In this document: piece by piece, positions 13,899 to 26,524 of the stretch | Position numbering within the stretch: position 1 is the first letter of the stretch | How the letters are laid out: every line of letters starts with the position of its first letter | DNA from: Octopus vulgaris | Taxonomy: Eukaryota | Reading direction: 5' to 3' | NCBI GenBank assembly: GCA_951406725.2 | Contig: OX597821.1 | Location: 98,766,001 to 98,830,000 of the forward strand | DNA: 64,000 bases | Program-made: the position numbers and the translations under genes | Notes under the pieces: generated by a model | Databases searched by the model: none | Told to the model about the DNA's origin: nothing | Seen by the model: only the letters and a program-made list of their open reading frames with translations

Positions 13899-14435
13899 CT
13901 AGCTTAAAAACTACCTGATAGGATGGCTTTTAAACTAGTATTTAGCTTTTAAGCAACTCCTGAATGGGAAGACCTGCAAACAGATCTCTGACTTGTTTTT
14001 GAGAATTTTTTGCAATTGCTTCCTCCAGAGTCATATCCTAATCATGACCATATTCGTCTCAAAAAATCATGTAAAAATAATTCTCATAAGCAATCGCAGT
14101 AATGAAAACATAGCAATCTAAATTTTCAGGATTGCAGGTCTGGATTCGGCCCGTGAGGATTTTAATTTAGTCACAGAGTTAACTTTAGATTATAAAAATT
14201 GTTATCATACAAAATATTTTGTCGCAAAAAGTCATGTAAAAAAATTGCCGAAAACAATCACAGTAATGAAAACTTAGGAATCTAAAATTTCAGGATTGTG
14301 GGTCCGGATTCAGCCTGGAATGATTTTAATTTACTCATGGAGTCAACCTGATTCCAAAATGGTATGATATGCTGGGTTATGGCCTCTAGGAGGAAAGTTT
14401 AAAAAATGTGACACACTGACATTCACATTTATTAT
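13899..14435 (-). mobile_element. Possible non-autonomous Helitron-like element with internal ~165 bp tandem repeat (14061-14347)
   Basis: ACTAG at left end, CATTTATTATAT at right end; two diverged units AAAAATCATGTAAAAA...CAGGATTG...GATTTTAATTTA. Confidence 0.4.
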
Positions 14436-14458
14436 ATCATATTATTATATTATATTAA

Positions 14459-14678
14459 GGCAGCAAGCTGGCAGAATCGTTAGCATGCCGGGCAAAATGC
14501 TTAGCAGTATTTTGTCTACTGTTAGGCTTTGAGTTCGAATTCCGCTGAGGTTGACTTTGCCTTTCATCTTTTTGGGGTTGGTAAAATTAGTACCAGTTAC
14601 GTACTGAGATTGATGTAATTGATTTAATCCCTTCCCCAAAAATTTGAGGCCTTGTGCTTCCAGCAGAAAGGATTTATT
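14459..14678 (+). mobile_element. SINE family B, older variant with CCCTTCCCCAAAAATTTGAGGCC tail
   Basis: GCTGGCAGAATCGTTAGC...GAGTTCGAATTCC...GACTTTGCCTTTCATC. Confidence 0.8.
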
Positions 14679-15060
14679 AAAGTTGAAAAAGTGTGATACA
14701 CTGACATTCACATTTATTATATTAAATATATTTAATCTAGGGAAAACTTTATTTCAGTTAAAGTTTATTTTATGTGTGTGTGTGCGTGTGTATGTGTATG
14801 TGTGTGTATGTATATATGTATTAAAGAAAACAAAAATAAAACAAAAATGATAGTGTTCAGTATGTTGGCAACAGGAATTTTTATCAAAGAGACATGGTTA
14901 TCAAAGTTGTACATCATCTCCTTCCTTCTCTCACATACCTACTCTTTCTCTCACTTTTATTATTACTCCCACTGCCACCATCAACACTACTACTTTTAAT
15001 AAATCATCATCAACTCTCCCTAAATTTCTTTGTCTCTCTTTCTCTCCCTCTCTTTTTCTT

Positions 15061-15106
<46 letters not shown>

Positions 15107-16143
15107 CCACTGCCCTCACTGTCTCTGTGCCTACTATTACTCTCACCCCATCATGAGAAATAGTAGGAGTGTCATTGAATAATGGGAGAGGGGGGGGCTA
15201 AATGTGACACACTGACTCACAGAAATTAGTTTACGCATTTATTATATTAGACTTACAATAACTCAAAGTATAAGACTGGCCTGAAGCCTGTAAAGTAAAA
15301 GTTAAACTGTTGAGAGGTCTATTGATATAAATTTTATTACTTTCATTATGATAATAAATGAAGAGTCTTATTGCTTAAGAAATTTGGATTGCTTTAGTGG
15401 TTTGCAGGTAGAAGGAAAGGATGTGGAATGGAGTTACAGTTTTTAAACAAGCTCATCGTAATCTTTTTTGAAGTGTTTGTATGTGTGGAATGGGGTAGAA
15501 GTTGGGTGTCATGTCTGCATTGAGATGGTGGTAGTCTCTGCAAGGCGGCGAGCTGGCAGAAACGTTAGCAAAGTGATTGCTTAGCGGTATTTTGTCTGCT
15601 GCTACGTTCTGAGTTCAAATTCCACTGAGGTCGACTTTGCCTTTCATCCTTTCGGGGTCGATAAATTAAGTACCAGTTACGCACTGGGGTCGATGTAATC
15701 GACTTAATCCCTTCCCCAAAAATTTGAGGCCTTGTGCTTCCAGCAGAAAGGATTTATTAAAGTTGAAAAAGTGTGATACACTGACATGCACATTTATTAT
15801 ATTAAATATATTTAATCTAGGAAAACTTTATTTCAGTTAAAGTTTATTTTATGTGTGTGTGTGCGTGTGTATGTGTATGTGTGTGTATGTATATATGTAT
15901 TAAAGAAAACAAAAATAAAACAAAAATGATAGTGTTCAGTATGTTGGCAACAGGAATTTTTATCAAAGAGACATGGTTATCAAAGTTGTACATCATCTCC
16001 TTCCTTCTCTCACATACCTACTCTTTCTCTCACTTTTATTATTACTCCCACTGCCACCATCAACACTACTACTTTTAATAAATCATCATCAACTCTCCCT
16101 AAATTTCTTTGTCTCTCTTTCTCTCCCTCTCTTTTTCTTTCTT

Positions 16144-16181
<38 letters not shown>

Positions 16182-16782
16182 CCACTGCCCTCACTGTCTC
16201 TGTGCCTACTATTACTCTCACCCCATCATGAGAAATAGTAGGAGTGTCATTGAATAATGGGAGAGGGGGGGGCTAAATGTGACACACTGACTCACAGAAA
16301 TTAGTTTATGCATTTATTATATTAGACTTACAATAACTCAAAGTATAAGACTGGCCTGAAGCCTGTAAAGTAAAAGTTAAACTGTTGAGAGGTCTATTGA
16401 TATAAATTTTATTACTTTCATTATGATAATAAATGAAGAGTCTTATTGCTTAAGAAGTTTGGATTGCTTTAGTGGTCTGCAAGTAGAAGGAAAGGATGTG
16501 GAATGGAGTCACAGTTTTTAAACAAGCTCATTGTAATCTTTTTTGAAGTGTTTGTATGTGTGGAATGGGGTAGAAGTTGGGTGTCATGTCTGCATTGAGA
16601 TGGTGGTAGTCTCTGCAAGGCGGCGAGCTGGCAGAAACGTTAGCACACCGAGTGATTGCTTAGCGGCATTTCGTCTGCCGCTACGTTCTGAGTTCAAATT
16701 CCACCAAGGTCGACTTTGCCTTTCATCCTTTCGGGGTCGATAAATTAAGTACCAGTTACGCACTGGGGTCGATATAATCGAC
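14624..16782. repeat. Direct tandem duplication, two ~1.08 kb units (14624-15703, 15704-16782)
   Basis: Identical ORF translations at 14772 and 15851 (offset 1079); near-identical sequence throughout. Confidence 0.95.
15544..15757 (+). mobile_element. Chimeric SINE family B at the duplication junction
   Basis: 5' part matches the copy at 16619; tail matches the copy at 14459. Confidence 0.8.
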
Positions 16783-16853
16783 TTAATACCTATGTCTGTC
16801 CTTGTTTGTCCCCTCTATGTTTAGCCCCTTGCGGGTAATAAAGTAATAGGTAT
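16619..16853 (+). mobile_element. SINE family B
   Basis: GGCGGCGAGCTGGCAGAAACGTTAGC head, GAGTTCAAATTCC B box, CCCCTTGCGGGTAATAAAG tail. Confidence 0.9.
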
Positions 16854-17081
16854 GATACAACAACATGAAGTTCACACACAACATGTGCAGTGACACACAC
16901 TCATGCACACATATACACATACATATACAAAGTAGGAATTGACTGACAGCTGTCACCCTCATGTCTTAGGCTAAATAAATCTTTCACTAACACACTCTGG
17001 GTCTCCATTCATTTTTTTTCTTTTTTTTTTTGTGTATAGGTTAACTAAAAGTATAACTGGTGACCCCACAGAAAATGTATC

Positions 17082-17317
17082 ATACCTATTTCTTTATTAC
17101 CCACAAGGGGCTAAACATAGAGGGGACAAACAAGGACAGACATAGGTATTAAGTCGATTACATCGACCCCAGTGCGTAACTGGTACTTATTTAATCGACC
17201 CCGAAAGGATGAAAGGCAAAGTCGACCTCGGCGGAATTTGAACTCAGAACGTAACGACAGACGAAATACTGCTAAGCATTTCGCGTGGCGCGCTAACGTT
17301 TCTGCCAGCTCGCCACC
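17082..17317 (-). mobile_element. SINE family B
   Basis: Inverted near-identical copy of 16619-16853. Confidence 0.9.
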
Positions 17318-17599
17318 TTAACCCAGCTCGCCATACCATTGAAGCAAAATAGTGATGTCGTCTGCACAGAGCAGGGAATTCCCTGCAGACAATACATTTG
17401 GCTGCTCTGTACTTTCAAAGACCATTGAAATCAAAAATCCCTCGTTTGGAAAACAGGTAAGGGTTGCTGAAAAGAAAGGCATCCAGCCATAAAATATTCC
17501 TCAAATATATCTCTGTCCATGCTAGCAAGGAAAATGGTTGTAAAATGCATGAACAAATATATGTATATAAATTTATCTGCTTACATTGGTCTACTTTGC

Positions 17600-18420
17600 T
17601 CTCACAGAAACTAACCTATGATTGTATCCACATTGACAATCATGACCTAAATAGATTCTGCTCCACAAGATCCAAACAGAGAAGACATCCACCATCACAT
17701 CAACAGTGAAGAAGAGCACCACAGGATGCTGGAGTAACTGGACTATAGCCACCCAAGACCCAGAGAACAGCAATCAGGTGAGAAAGATGATTGCTCACAC
17801 CATTGGTGCTAGCATAAAAATCACTCTGAAGAACCACATAGTCAAGTTCGATAAGAAACTGTATATGCAGGTTCAAGGAGCTACCATCAGTTTTGGTATG
17901 GCTGAGGACACAGCTGGTCTCTTCCTCACCTGGTGAGATAGAAAAGTTAGACAATTCCTGGGTGAACACTCAATAGCGATATTACTATGCTGTAGATATG
18001 TGGATGACATTAATATTCTGGTTAGAACAATACCATGTATATTTCTTTACTACCTACAAAGGGCTAAACATAGAGGGGACAAACAAGGACAGACAAAAGG
18101 ATTAAGTCGATTACATAGACCCCAGTGCGAAACTGGTACTTTATTTATCGACCCAGAAAGGATGAAAGGCAAAGTCGACCTCGGCGGAATTTGAACTCAG
18201 AACGTAATGGCAGATGAAATATGGCTACACATTTTGCCCGGCGTGCTAACGTTTCTGCCAGCTTGCCGCCTTACAATACCATGTAGCCATATCAAAGAAG
18301 CTGAGAGGAATACGATGGAGAGCATCCAGCACCTAGCTATTTCCATCCACCTGAGTATCAAGGTAACCATAGGCATCCTAACAATAGACTCCCTGTCCTT
18401 GATTCCAAACTTTGGTTCGA
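17600..18420 (+). mobile_element. Decayed Penelope-like RT fragment interrupted by a SINE
   Basis: LKNHIVKFDKKLYMQVQG..SFGMA followed by RYVDDINILV. Confidence 0.65.
18040..18270 (-). mobile_element. SINE family B
   Basis: 13 bp TSD ACAATACCATGTA at 18027-18039 and 18273-18285. Confidence 0.9.
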
Positions 18421-18659
18421 GACTATAAACAGTAGAATATAGCTCCTTCATTCTTATTAGTCAAAGGTAATCTTAGTTTTGCAGGTTGCATGGAGACCTC
18501 ACTAGTGCTGGAGCCATGAAAAAAAAAAAGCACCCAGTACATGCTGTAAAGTGGTTGGCATTAGGAAAGATATCCAATCATGAAAACCAGGACAAAGCAC
18601 TCTGTGTGTGTGTGTGAGATAGAGACTTGGGCCTACAGCATTTGATCTGTGCAGTGGAA

Positions 18660-18990
18660 GAGGGAGGCAGGTGTGGCTGAGTGGTTAAGAAGTTCACTTC
18701 ACAATCATGGGGTCCCAGGTTTGACTCCACTGTGTAGTATCTTAGGCAAGTACACCACTCTAGCTTTGTTTGGTTCAAGCCTTCTGAGTGAATTTGGTTA
18801 AGTAGAACTGTATAGAAGCCTATCGAATTGACTGTACCTGTCATTCAAAAGGTCAAGCATTGCCACAGTTGTATCACACTATTTCTGTCTGAGAATTATG
18901 TTAAGGATAATTATGTCTATGAAATACTCAACCACTTTACATACTAATTCAATGAGCTGGTTGTCTTGTTGATTCAGTTGCTGGATGCTC
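18660..18990 (+). mobile_element. Diverged tRNA-derived SINE (family D-like 3' half)
   Basis: TGGCTGAGTGGTTAAG A box; GAGAATTATGTTAAGGAT shared with 31975-32362. Confidence 0.6.
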
Positions 18991-19789
18991 ATACATCAAA
19001 ATTAACTTCAGAACATTTGTTTTGAGATCTATATCTCTCATCATGTAGTGTTAAAAAATATTATAATTCTTCTATAATCAGCAGTATAAGGCTATCAGTC
19101 ACATGGGGTTAGATATACACTACTAGTCTTGGGTATTTTTCATCAAAGTACTCTACAGATGTTTGTATAAATTTTGAATGATTTGAGGCTGTGACATTAA
19201 GTTTATACAGTGAAAGAATAAATGGAATGAGTTAACTTCTGACTCATGAGGTAAAGGATGTAGTAGCAAGTCTTACATTAGAGAACACTACGGGAAGTGC
19301 CTAACAAATGTTGATATAAATTTTTTGCCTTTGTACAAGCACAAACACACACATGAACGCATGCATACACACACACACAAACATACACGCATGAGCATGC
19401 ACACACACATACATATGCACATGAATACATGCACACACAGTGGTACTGTTAGCATCCTTCTCATGTTGATGTATATACATGTCTCTCTATGATGCAGTGA
19501 TGAAGTGCTCTTGTAAAGACGTTAGTCACTCTCTTTCAACATTTCTGTTGCAATGTTATCCAGTCCTAGAAACTTCTTGTTTTTTTTTTAAAGTTTGATG
19601 GTTATTATAGCAGAACTGCAGAGTTTGGAACTTAGGGATCACCTTTCATTTGTTCATGCAGTTGTCAGGGTGCTTTTGAAGCTTTCAGTTTGATAGCTAG
19701 TGTATAAATAAAGTCCTTAAAAATATTGGGACTGTTGTGTTTGCCACATTTGAGCCTTCTGCACCAGTGTATTTCTGTATACGTATATA

Positions 19790-20666
19790 ACCATGACTAG
19801 AAGGAAAGTGTCAAATTCGTCTACAATGTCAAGGTCAGCCAAAAGAATGTCTCTGTCCAGAGAAAGAGAGACAGTTGCAGAAAGAGATGCATACAAAGAA
19901 ACGAACTGACTGTGCACTACAAAAGCCAGAGCATCCCAAGTGATGAACAGAGGTATGCGCGGCTGACAAGGAATAGGATCTCCACTGAAGAACGAAGAGC
20001 AGTTGCATCAGCTCAGAGAAGCAACTGCTATGAAGCAGCTTTCAATTATGATCCAGCAGTTCATTATGACAACCGAGTGTATACATTGTAAAGCAAGGGA
20101 GTGGCCTGGAGAGACACCTGCTTTGTGCTGTAGTAGTGGAACGGTTAAACTCCCTGCAATCCCCCAACCTCCAGAGCCATTGAAGAAACTGTTGTCATCA
20201 ACTGATCAAGATTCCAAGCACTTCCAAAACAAAATTAGATAATACAACGCTGCACTACAGATGACATCATTTGGAGCCACAAGAGATTTAACTGAAGCAG
20301 GATTCATGCAAACTTTCAAGATCCAAGGTCAGATTTATAATTGGATTGTCTTTCTGCTACTTCTGTCAAATTAATCACCAAAATCGGCCTTTCATTGTTT
20401 ATCATCTCTACCTGTTTTTTGGTTACAAAATAAGCTACACAAAACGTGTTTTTGTATTACTTATATTTACTTTATATACATATATGAGTTGAAAACTTGC
20501 TTTTAACATTTCATTTAATGTCTATGTTCCATGCTGGCATGGGTTGGAGAGTTATTAATATAGAAAGTTAGTATCTCAGCTACAAGCAGTTGAGACCTGC
20601 ATCTAGACGGCGTTTTAAAATTGTATTATTCTCTTTAACCTGGGCAACACTGGGTATTTCTGCTAG
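19790..20666 (+). mobile_element. Internally deleted Helitron with RepHel N-terminal pseudogene
   Basis: CIHCKAREWPGETPALCCSSGTVKLP...SKHFQNKIR*YNAALQMTSFGA...TFKIQGQIY is typical of Helitron RepHel; 3' hairpin CCTGGGCAACACTGGG plus CTAG at 20663-20666. Confidence 0.85.
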
Positions 20667-20924
20667 TACTTGTATAAAATGAAACTAGGCTAAACATTTG
20701 TGGTTGTTATAATATTGGTGAACTTGACAGAATCCATGCCCAAACTTTGATTTTTGGTTGTAATCACTTTATTTCAATAGCTAATAGTTTGAATAACAAT
20801 GTATAATGAATGTTTCATTAACTGAGAGTGATGAGTGTGATGATCCTAGAATAGACAAGAAACACCCCAGTATATTCCCCACGAAACTTTTGAGTTTTAA
20901 TCCAAACTAATTTTTACCAAGTGT

Positions 20925-20963
<39 letters not shown>

Positions 20964-21050
20964 AGACTACATCATATGCTGTCTGGTACCAGATATAATT
21001 AACCTCAATAACATAGATAACATTAAAGGAGTACTTTACCCAGGTGTACT

Positions 21051-21149
21051 ATCATCATCATCATCATCATCATCATTTAGCGTCCGTTTTCCATGCTAGC
21101 ATGGGTTGGACGGTTCAACTGGGGTCTGGGGAGCCCGAAGGCTGCACCA
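21051..21149 (-). mobile_element. 5'-truncated family C retroposon with long (CAT)n tail
   Basis: Matches the 3' end of 38206-38551. Confidence 0.8.
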
Positions 21150-22413
21150 ACAGGTATAATTGTTTGCTTTCTTATTAAATGTTTGATCAACTCTGGTTTT
21201 AATCCCAAACAATCTTCCCAACAAGACTGTGTTGACATAAAATAGATTAACTTGTGTAAGAAAAAAGTCACACATGAGGATCCACAAAGGATGGTCTCTA
21301 TAATATTAAGTGAATGAGGTTTAAATCTTTACCCCTATAGAATGCTAATCTATAGCAGGATCTGTTTTGCCAGAGCAATTGAATTCAGAGTTGTTGGTCA
21401 ACAAAATATTTGTCAATAGAATAGTGCTATTACTACTTACAGCATTATATTATATCGTCTGCAGTTTCTATGGATAGCTAGGTGGATTCAGTTGTTAAGA
21501 TCTAAGACCAGCATATTATATTTTATACACATGATATAATACATTGTATGTCTATTGTGAAATACATATGTAACTTTTTCCCTAGAGATGCTGAAACCAG
21601 CAGAACTGTCTGGAGTTTAATTTCCCTGTGACACCTTCAGGGATTTAAAACAGTTAAGAAGGAAGTGTTTAATTAAGAAAACTATTTACTTAAATCTCTT
21701 TTAGCATCCTTTGTTTCCTGAGGTCCACTGAACATTATTATTAATATAATGTTATCATGTACACACACCTTTGACTTCCATTGACTCCTGTCAACATATA
21801 AAACACTTTTCAACGAACTGAGAAATATCTATTACTCTACCAACTATTAGAAATGGATTCAAACACTCCTTTCTTTCACTCCTTTTATTTCACTTCTTTC
21901 TGTCTATATCTGAAGCCTCAATGGGACACAATGCTTCCTTCAAACCATGCCCTTAAAAAAGAAATAAATACTTCAGCATTTAACTAATTACATTTTCCAA
22001 TTATTTTCTTTTTCCTGTGTTTTTATATTTTTTTTGCTGGTATTCTTTCTAGATATTTCCACTATAGTTTCCTGAAAGTTCCTGTAGTTCACTTTACAGG
22101 ATGTTAAACCATTGACATATTTTTCATCTAGGATAGATTGTCAGTGTGCTGCAACTTGAGTGATTTGGCCAAGATGGACAGTGCCAAACCTTTGACTTTA
22201 TGGTTACAGAGGACTTAAACCCATGATCAGCTGGTGCCTTATCCACTTATGTACTTTGCTTGTACAATAAATAAAACTAGAACAGTTGTGAAATATGTAG
22301 TCAATAAAATCTTTCTACACATCACTGTCTTTAACTGATTTTTTATGATATTCTGGTTGATCGACTTGATTAGATATTGGACAACCAATCAAGAGTTTCA
22401 TATCAAGTGCTGC

Positions 22414-22569
22414 CACTAACATAGTTAGAGGGGGGGAGGTGTATGGGGCGGTCCTCCCCAGGCGGCACCACTTTTGGGTCTGCTGTATGCAACATGTATT
22501 TTTTGTGGTGCCCGGGTGCAGCAAACGGAAGAGCCACCCCAGGCGGCACACATTCTAGCTACACTAGTG
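22414..22569. mobile_element. hAT-type MITE (GC-rich)
   Basis: Imperfect TIRs CACTAACATAGTTAGA / TCTAGCTACACTAGTG; 8 bp TSD AGTGCTGC / AGTGCTAC. Confidence 0.7.
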
Positions 22570-23285
22570 AGTGCTACTATTGGAATATGGCTGTTTGTCC
22601 AAGGAATTGGACAAATAATCATATTCCACAAATAGTGCTGCTATGATACTTAACTCTCTTAAATGGTCATGATGACCTAGCTATAAGTAGATACCAAACA
22701 AGAGAAGCAACTTACTATGTGTAGCAGTAACAGCAACATTAGCAAGATTTTCTGAAGCTTTCAACACTAACTTAAACTTTAGTAGTCTTACTCATTCTAT
22801 TTCAATTTCTCAGTCTCAACGAAAGCCCTTCAATTATTTCAATTGGCATTTGCATGGAATCTTTCCTCTGGTTCTATTTGCTGACAGTGTGTTGTTGTTA
22901 GTGTGAAACAATCTATTTTGTTTGCGTGAAACTCATAATAAACTAGTATTAACTATGAAACAGTGGCTATAATAACTCTGTAAATTAAAACCACTACTTT
23001 CTTAGTATGATTTTTGAACATTTTCTATAAACAACTGTAGAATTTAATTTCCAGTAGTTATAAAAACCACATGAAAGACTAAGTCCTTCTTATGGTTGCA
23101 CTCCATTAATTACTCCGTTTTAATTGGCTTCATACAGATGTCCACTTCAATAGCACTGATGCTGATGACCCATTACATTTTCTATGATTAATTCATTATT
23201 AATATTTCCATATCAAATCATATTTATATTCTACTTAAGCTTCAACATCAATTGTATAGTCTAGGAACCATACACACATAAACAT

Positions 23286-23320
<35 letters not shown>

Positions 23321-23719
23321 TTCACTCACTCACTCACTCACAAAACCTTCTTTAGGGGATTTTGCATCAACAGTACCTTCTTTCTCTCTGACCTTTATCT
23401 TCCTTTGGCATCCATTCTGCTTAACCTGAATAACAACCACTACCACTTACACTTCACATTTTTTTTCTATTTTGTCATTTTCATTGTTATCCTTTCATCT
23501 TTACCCTTATTTTTTCTTTTTTTCTTTATCACTTTCCTACTTCCTACACAAAGTAATATCGTCAATTAGTAACTGTTAGTGAAACTGAAAGCTTTGGCAA
23601 AACTGAAATCTGCTGGCTAATGTGAAAGCATTATGTCATTTTCATTCAATTCATATATTATACTGTGTAAAATAAATTAGTTATGGATTAATATAGCTTC
23701 AGAAAGATTAGCATTTTCA

Positions 23720-24600
23720 ACTTTGCCATGTAGAACATATCACAATTTTAAATCTAGATGAAGTACAGGTGGAATCTCTTTAGTCCAGCATTTCATGGGC
23801 TGGAAACTCCCATAGTCCGACATGTTTTGAATCTGCTGCTATTAGTTTGCAGATCTGCCACCAAGACAGCATTGTTCATCATCATCATTGTTCGACCGTG
23901 GTCGAGACAATGGAATTTACCATGCTACGCCAGACTTCACGGTCCATCATGGCATTACGGAGGTCCTGTTGCTGGATGCCTGTATCCCTGGAGATTACAT
24001 CAGGGTAGGAGAGTGTGCGCCCTCTGGTATTGCGAGTAGATGGCTTCCAGAGGAGAAGAGTAGAAATTACTTCTTTTTCAGCTCTACAACAATGTCCAGC
24101 AAACTGTACTCTCCTACCTTTCACAGCATTGTTAGGAACCTGGCTTGTTTATATTTGATCTCATTCACATAGTTGTCAACTTTCTCACCCATCCATTTCA
24201 CTCTCACAAGAGAAGTTACATGAAATATATGCACTCCTTCGAGTGTAGGGGCAAGATAAGCTCCACTTCCTTCATTTGAAGCTCCAGAACAATCGAAAAG
24301 ACTTTTCTAATATCACATGGAGCATCTTTAACAAAACACTTCCTTACTCACCTTGAGCTCATAATTGTTAGCTGTATCTCTTTGAGAAACTGCACATAAC
24401 TCCACCAGCCCGCATCATCCACCAATAGAAAAAAATAAGCTTTCTTGTTGCCACCAAAGGTAAGCTCTGTTAATGAACTTCAAGCTTCTAACTGCTGATA
24501 ACTGAATATACCATCCTAAATTTTGTTGGCCCATACACAAGGAAGGGCAGGATATACAACTGCTACTGCTCATAGAGACCATAGTCTATGCATGTTGATC
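23720..24600 (-). mobile_element. Probable highly decayed Ty1/copia integrase relic
   Basis: Manual minus-strand translation: TFGGNKKAYFFLLVDDAGWWSYVQFLKE and NGWVRKLTTM, resembling copia IN motifs GG..YFL..VDD.SR..WVYFLK and NG.AER..RT. Confidence 0.45.
23877..24122 (-). mobile_element. Young 5'-truncated RTE-like LINE 3' end
   Basis: Open frame RRVQFAGHCCR...MMDREVWRSMV..stop then (TGA)n tail; 11 bp TSD ACAGCATTGTT at 23866-23876 and 24123-24133. Confidence 0.85.
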
Positions 24601-25276
24601 ATGCAATCTGATTTGTAACTTGACATCATCAAATTGGTTACCTGCCCACTTGCAGCCGTCGTCACTAAGGCACACGCATCGATGACTAATTGAATGATTG
24701 ATACTAACATCTTGTGGTATTCACTGTAATGAAATAGTGTTATACCATCCTGTAGAATGCTGATAAAGTGATGCTAACATCCTGTCTGCAACACATGGAC
24801 TTAAAGATAATATAACTTATGTCGCTTTGACAGTATTAACAGCTACATAGCCTGAACTAATGTATATATGTACGTACATACATACACACATACACACATA
24901 CATACATACATACATACGTACATACATACATACTACGTACGTATATACTAATATTCCTTGGAAATTCTTTGCAACACTGGGTAAATATTTCCTACCTTAA
25001 AGTAAGTATGGAGAATTACTTGCCATTGAGTAAAATTTTCCTATTCAACCACCAGAAATTTGGCTGAAATTATAACAACAACATATAACAAAAAAGTAAA
25101 ATGTATTACATAATTACTTCAAAATTAAGATTATTAAATTGTAGAACCAGTCTTATGTTGAAATGTTTCCATAAATAAAGAAAAACAGTTAAGTATTTCA
25201 GTAGTAAATGACACCTTAATTAGAATTGCTTTTCCTATGATCTAATAAGCATAATTTTTCAAAATTTTTTAGCATA

Positions 25277-25556
25277 CATAAATAGCTAGATAACTAAATG
25301 TTGTGATGTAGAATTTCTATGCTTATTTGTTATTCTTTCATTATCTACCGACATTATTATAAGTTTAACGTTCTTTTTGTATGCACTCCTTGTATTATGA
25401 ATAAATAGGTAGATACCTAAATGTTGTGATATAGAATTACTATGTTTATTTTTTCATTATCTACTGATGTTAATATAAGTGTAAATATTAAACTGGCTTT
25501 TCTTAGAATGTTATAATTCTTCTTAACATTCTTTTTGGATGCACTCAAGTATTATA
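25277..25556. repeat. Old tandem duplication, ~123 bp unit
   Basis: ATAAATAG.TAGATA.CTAAATGTTGTGAT.TAGAATT.CTATG recurs at ~25277 and ~25401. Confidence 0.75.
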
Positions 25557-25924
25557 GATACTATTTCAGTTCATTTTGAATTTGACCTGTTTTTTTATCA
25601 TGATAACATAGTGTTAGCTTATACAAATGATTGTTGGTAACATATGATGTAATCATCAATTAAATATGTGATTTTCTCCATTCTTGTCCCTTTTGTTATA
25701 AATATATATATAACAAAATATATATATATATGTTGATGCCTCCTATATGTTGATATCTGTATTAGAAATATTGTTCTTCAGGAACTTTTGCAGTGAATGT
25801 GAATATGTACATTTATAGCTTTTGCACAGAATATGTCAAATAAGTCAGCTTTTGCATAATCTAAACCTAATGTCCCCTTGAAAACCTTTAGAAAATGTAT
25901 GTAGCCTATTTGTAAGTTCATACA

Positions 25925-25968
<44 letters not shown>

Positions 25969-26524
25969 TAGGTGAATGAATTATCCTATGTTTATTGTCA
26001 GCATGGAAAATTCGTTTAACCGAAACCTAGGTAGCAAATTCACGTCAGAAAACACGGTTGAAGCGACCTGTCAAGGGTAGAAACTCCGGGTTCATGTGTA
26101 GAAATTTGCGTGTTGTATATGAATAAATGAAAGAATGGAGTTGAATGAAGATGTTAACAAAATTCCTTTACTCTCGACACATATATATATATGCATATAT
26201 GTTGGTAATTTTGAATACATATACATGTACAACACTTGTGAAATTAGAGCATTTATTGTAGAAAATTACATAATGTAGAATAATGACTACAACATATTAA
26301 AACTAATCAAACCTGTATAATATTTGGGGAATGTTGAATATAATTTTCTTATTTTCCTATTATTTTAGCATTATTATTTATTTCTTCACACTCCCATTAG
26401 CGACTTTCATCATGTGTATTCTTCAGCAATACCCCCGATTGGAAAAATCGAATATTCATACACACAAAGCAAAATGTAGTAATTCCATCATAGTTCTAAC
26501 AGCTGACTATTATGCTGCTATACC

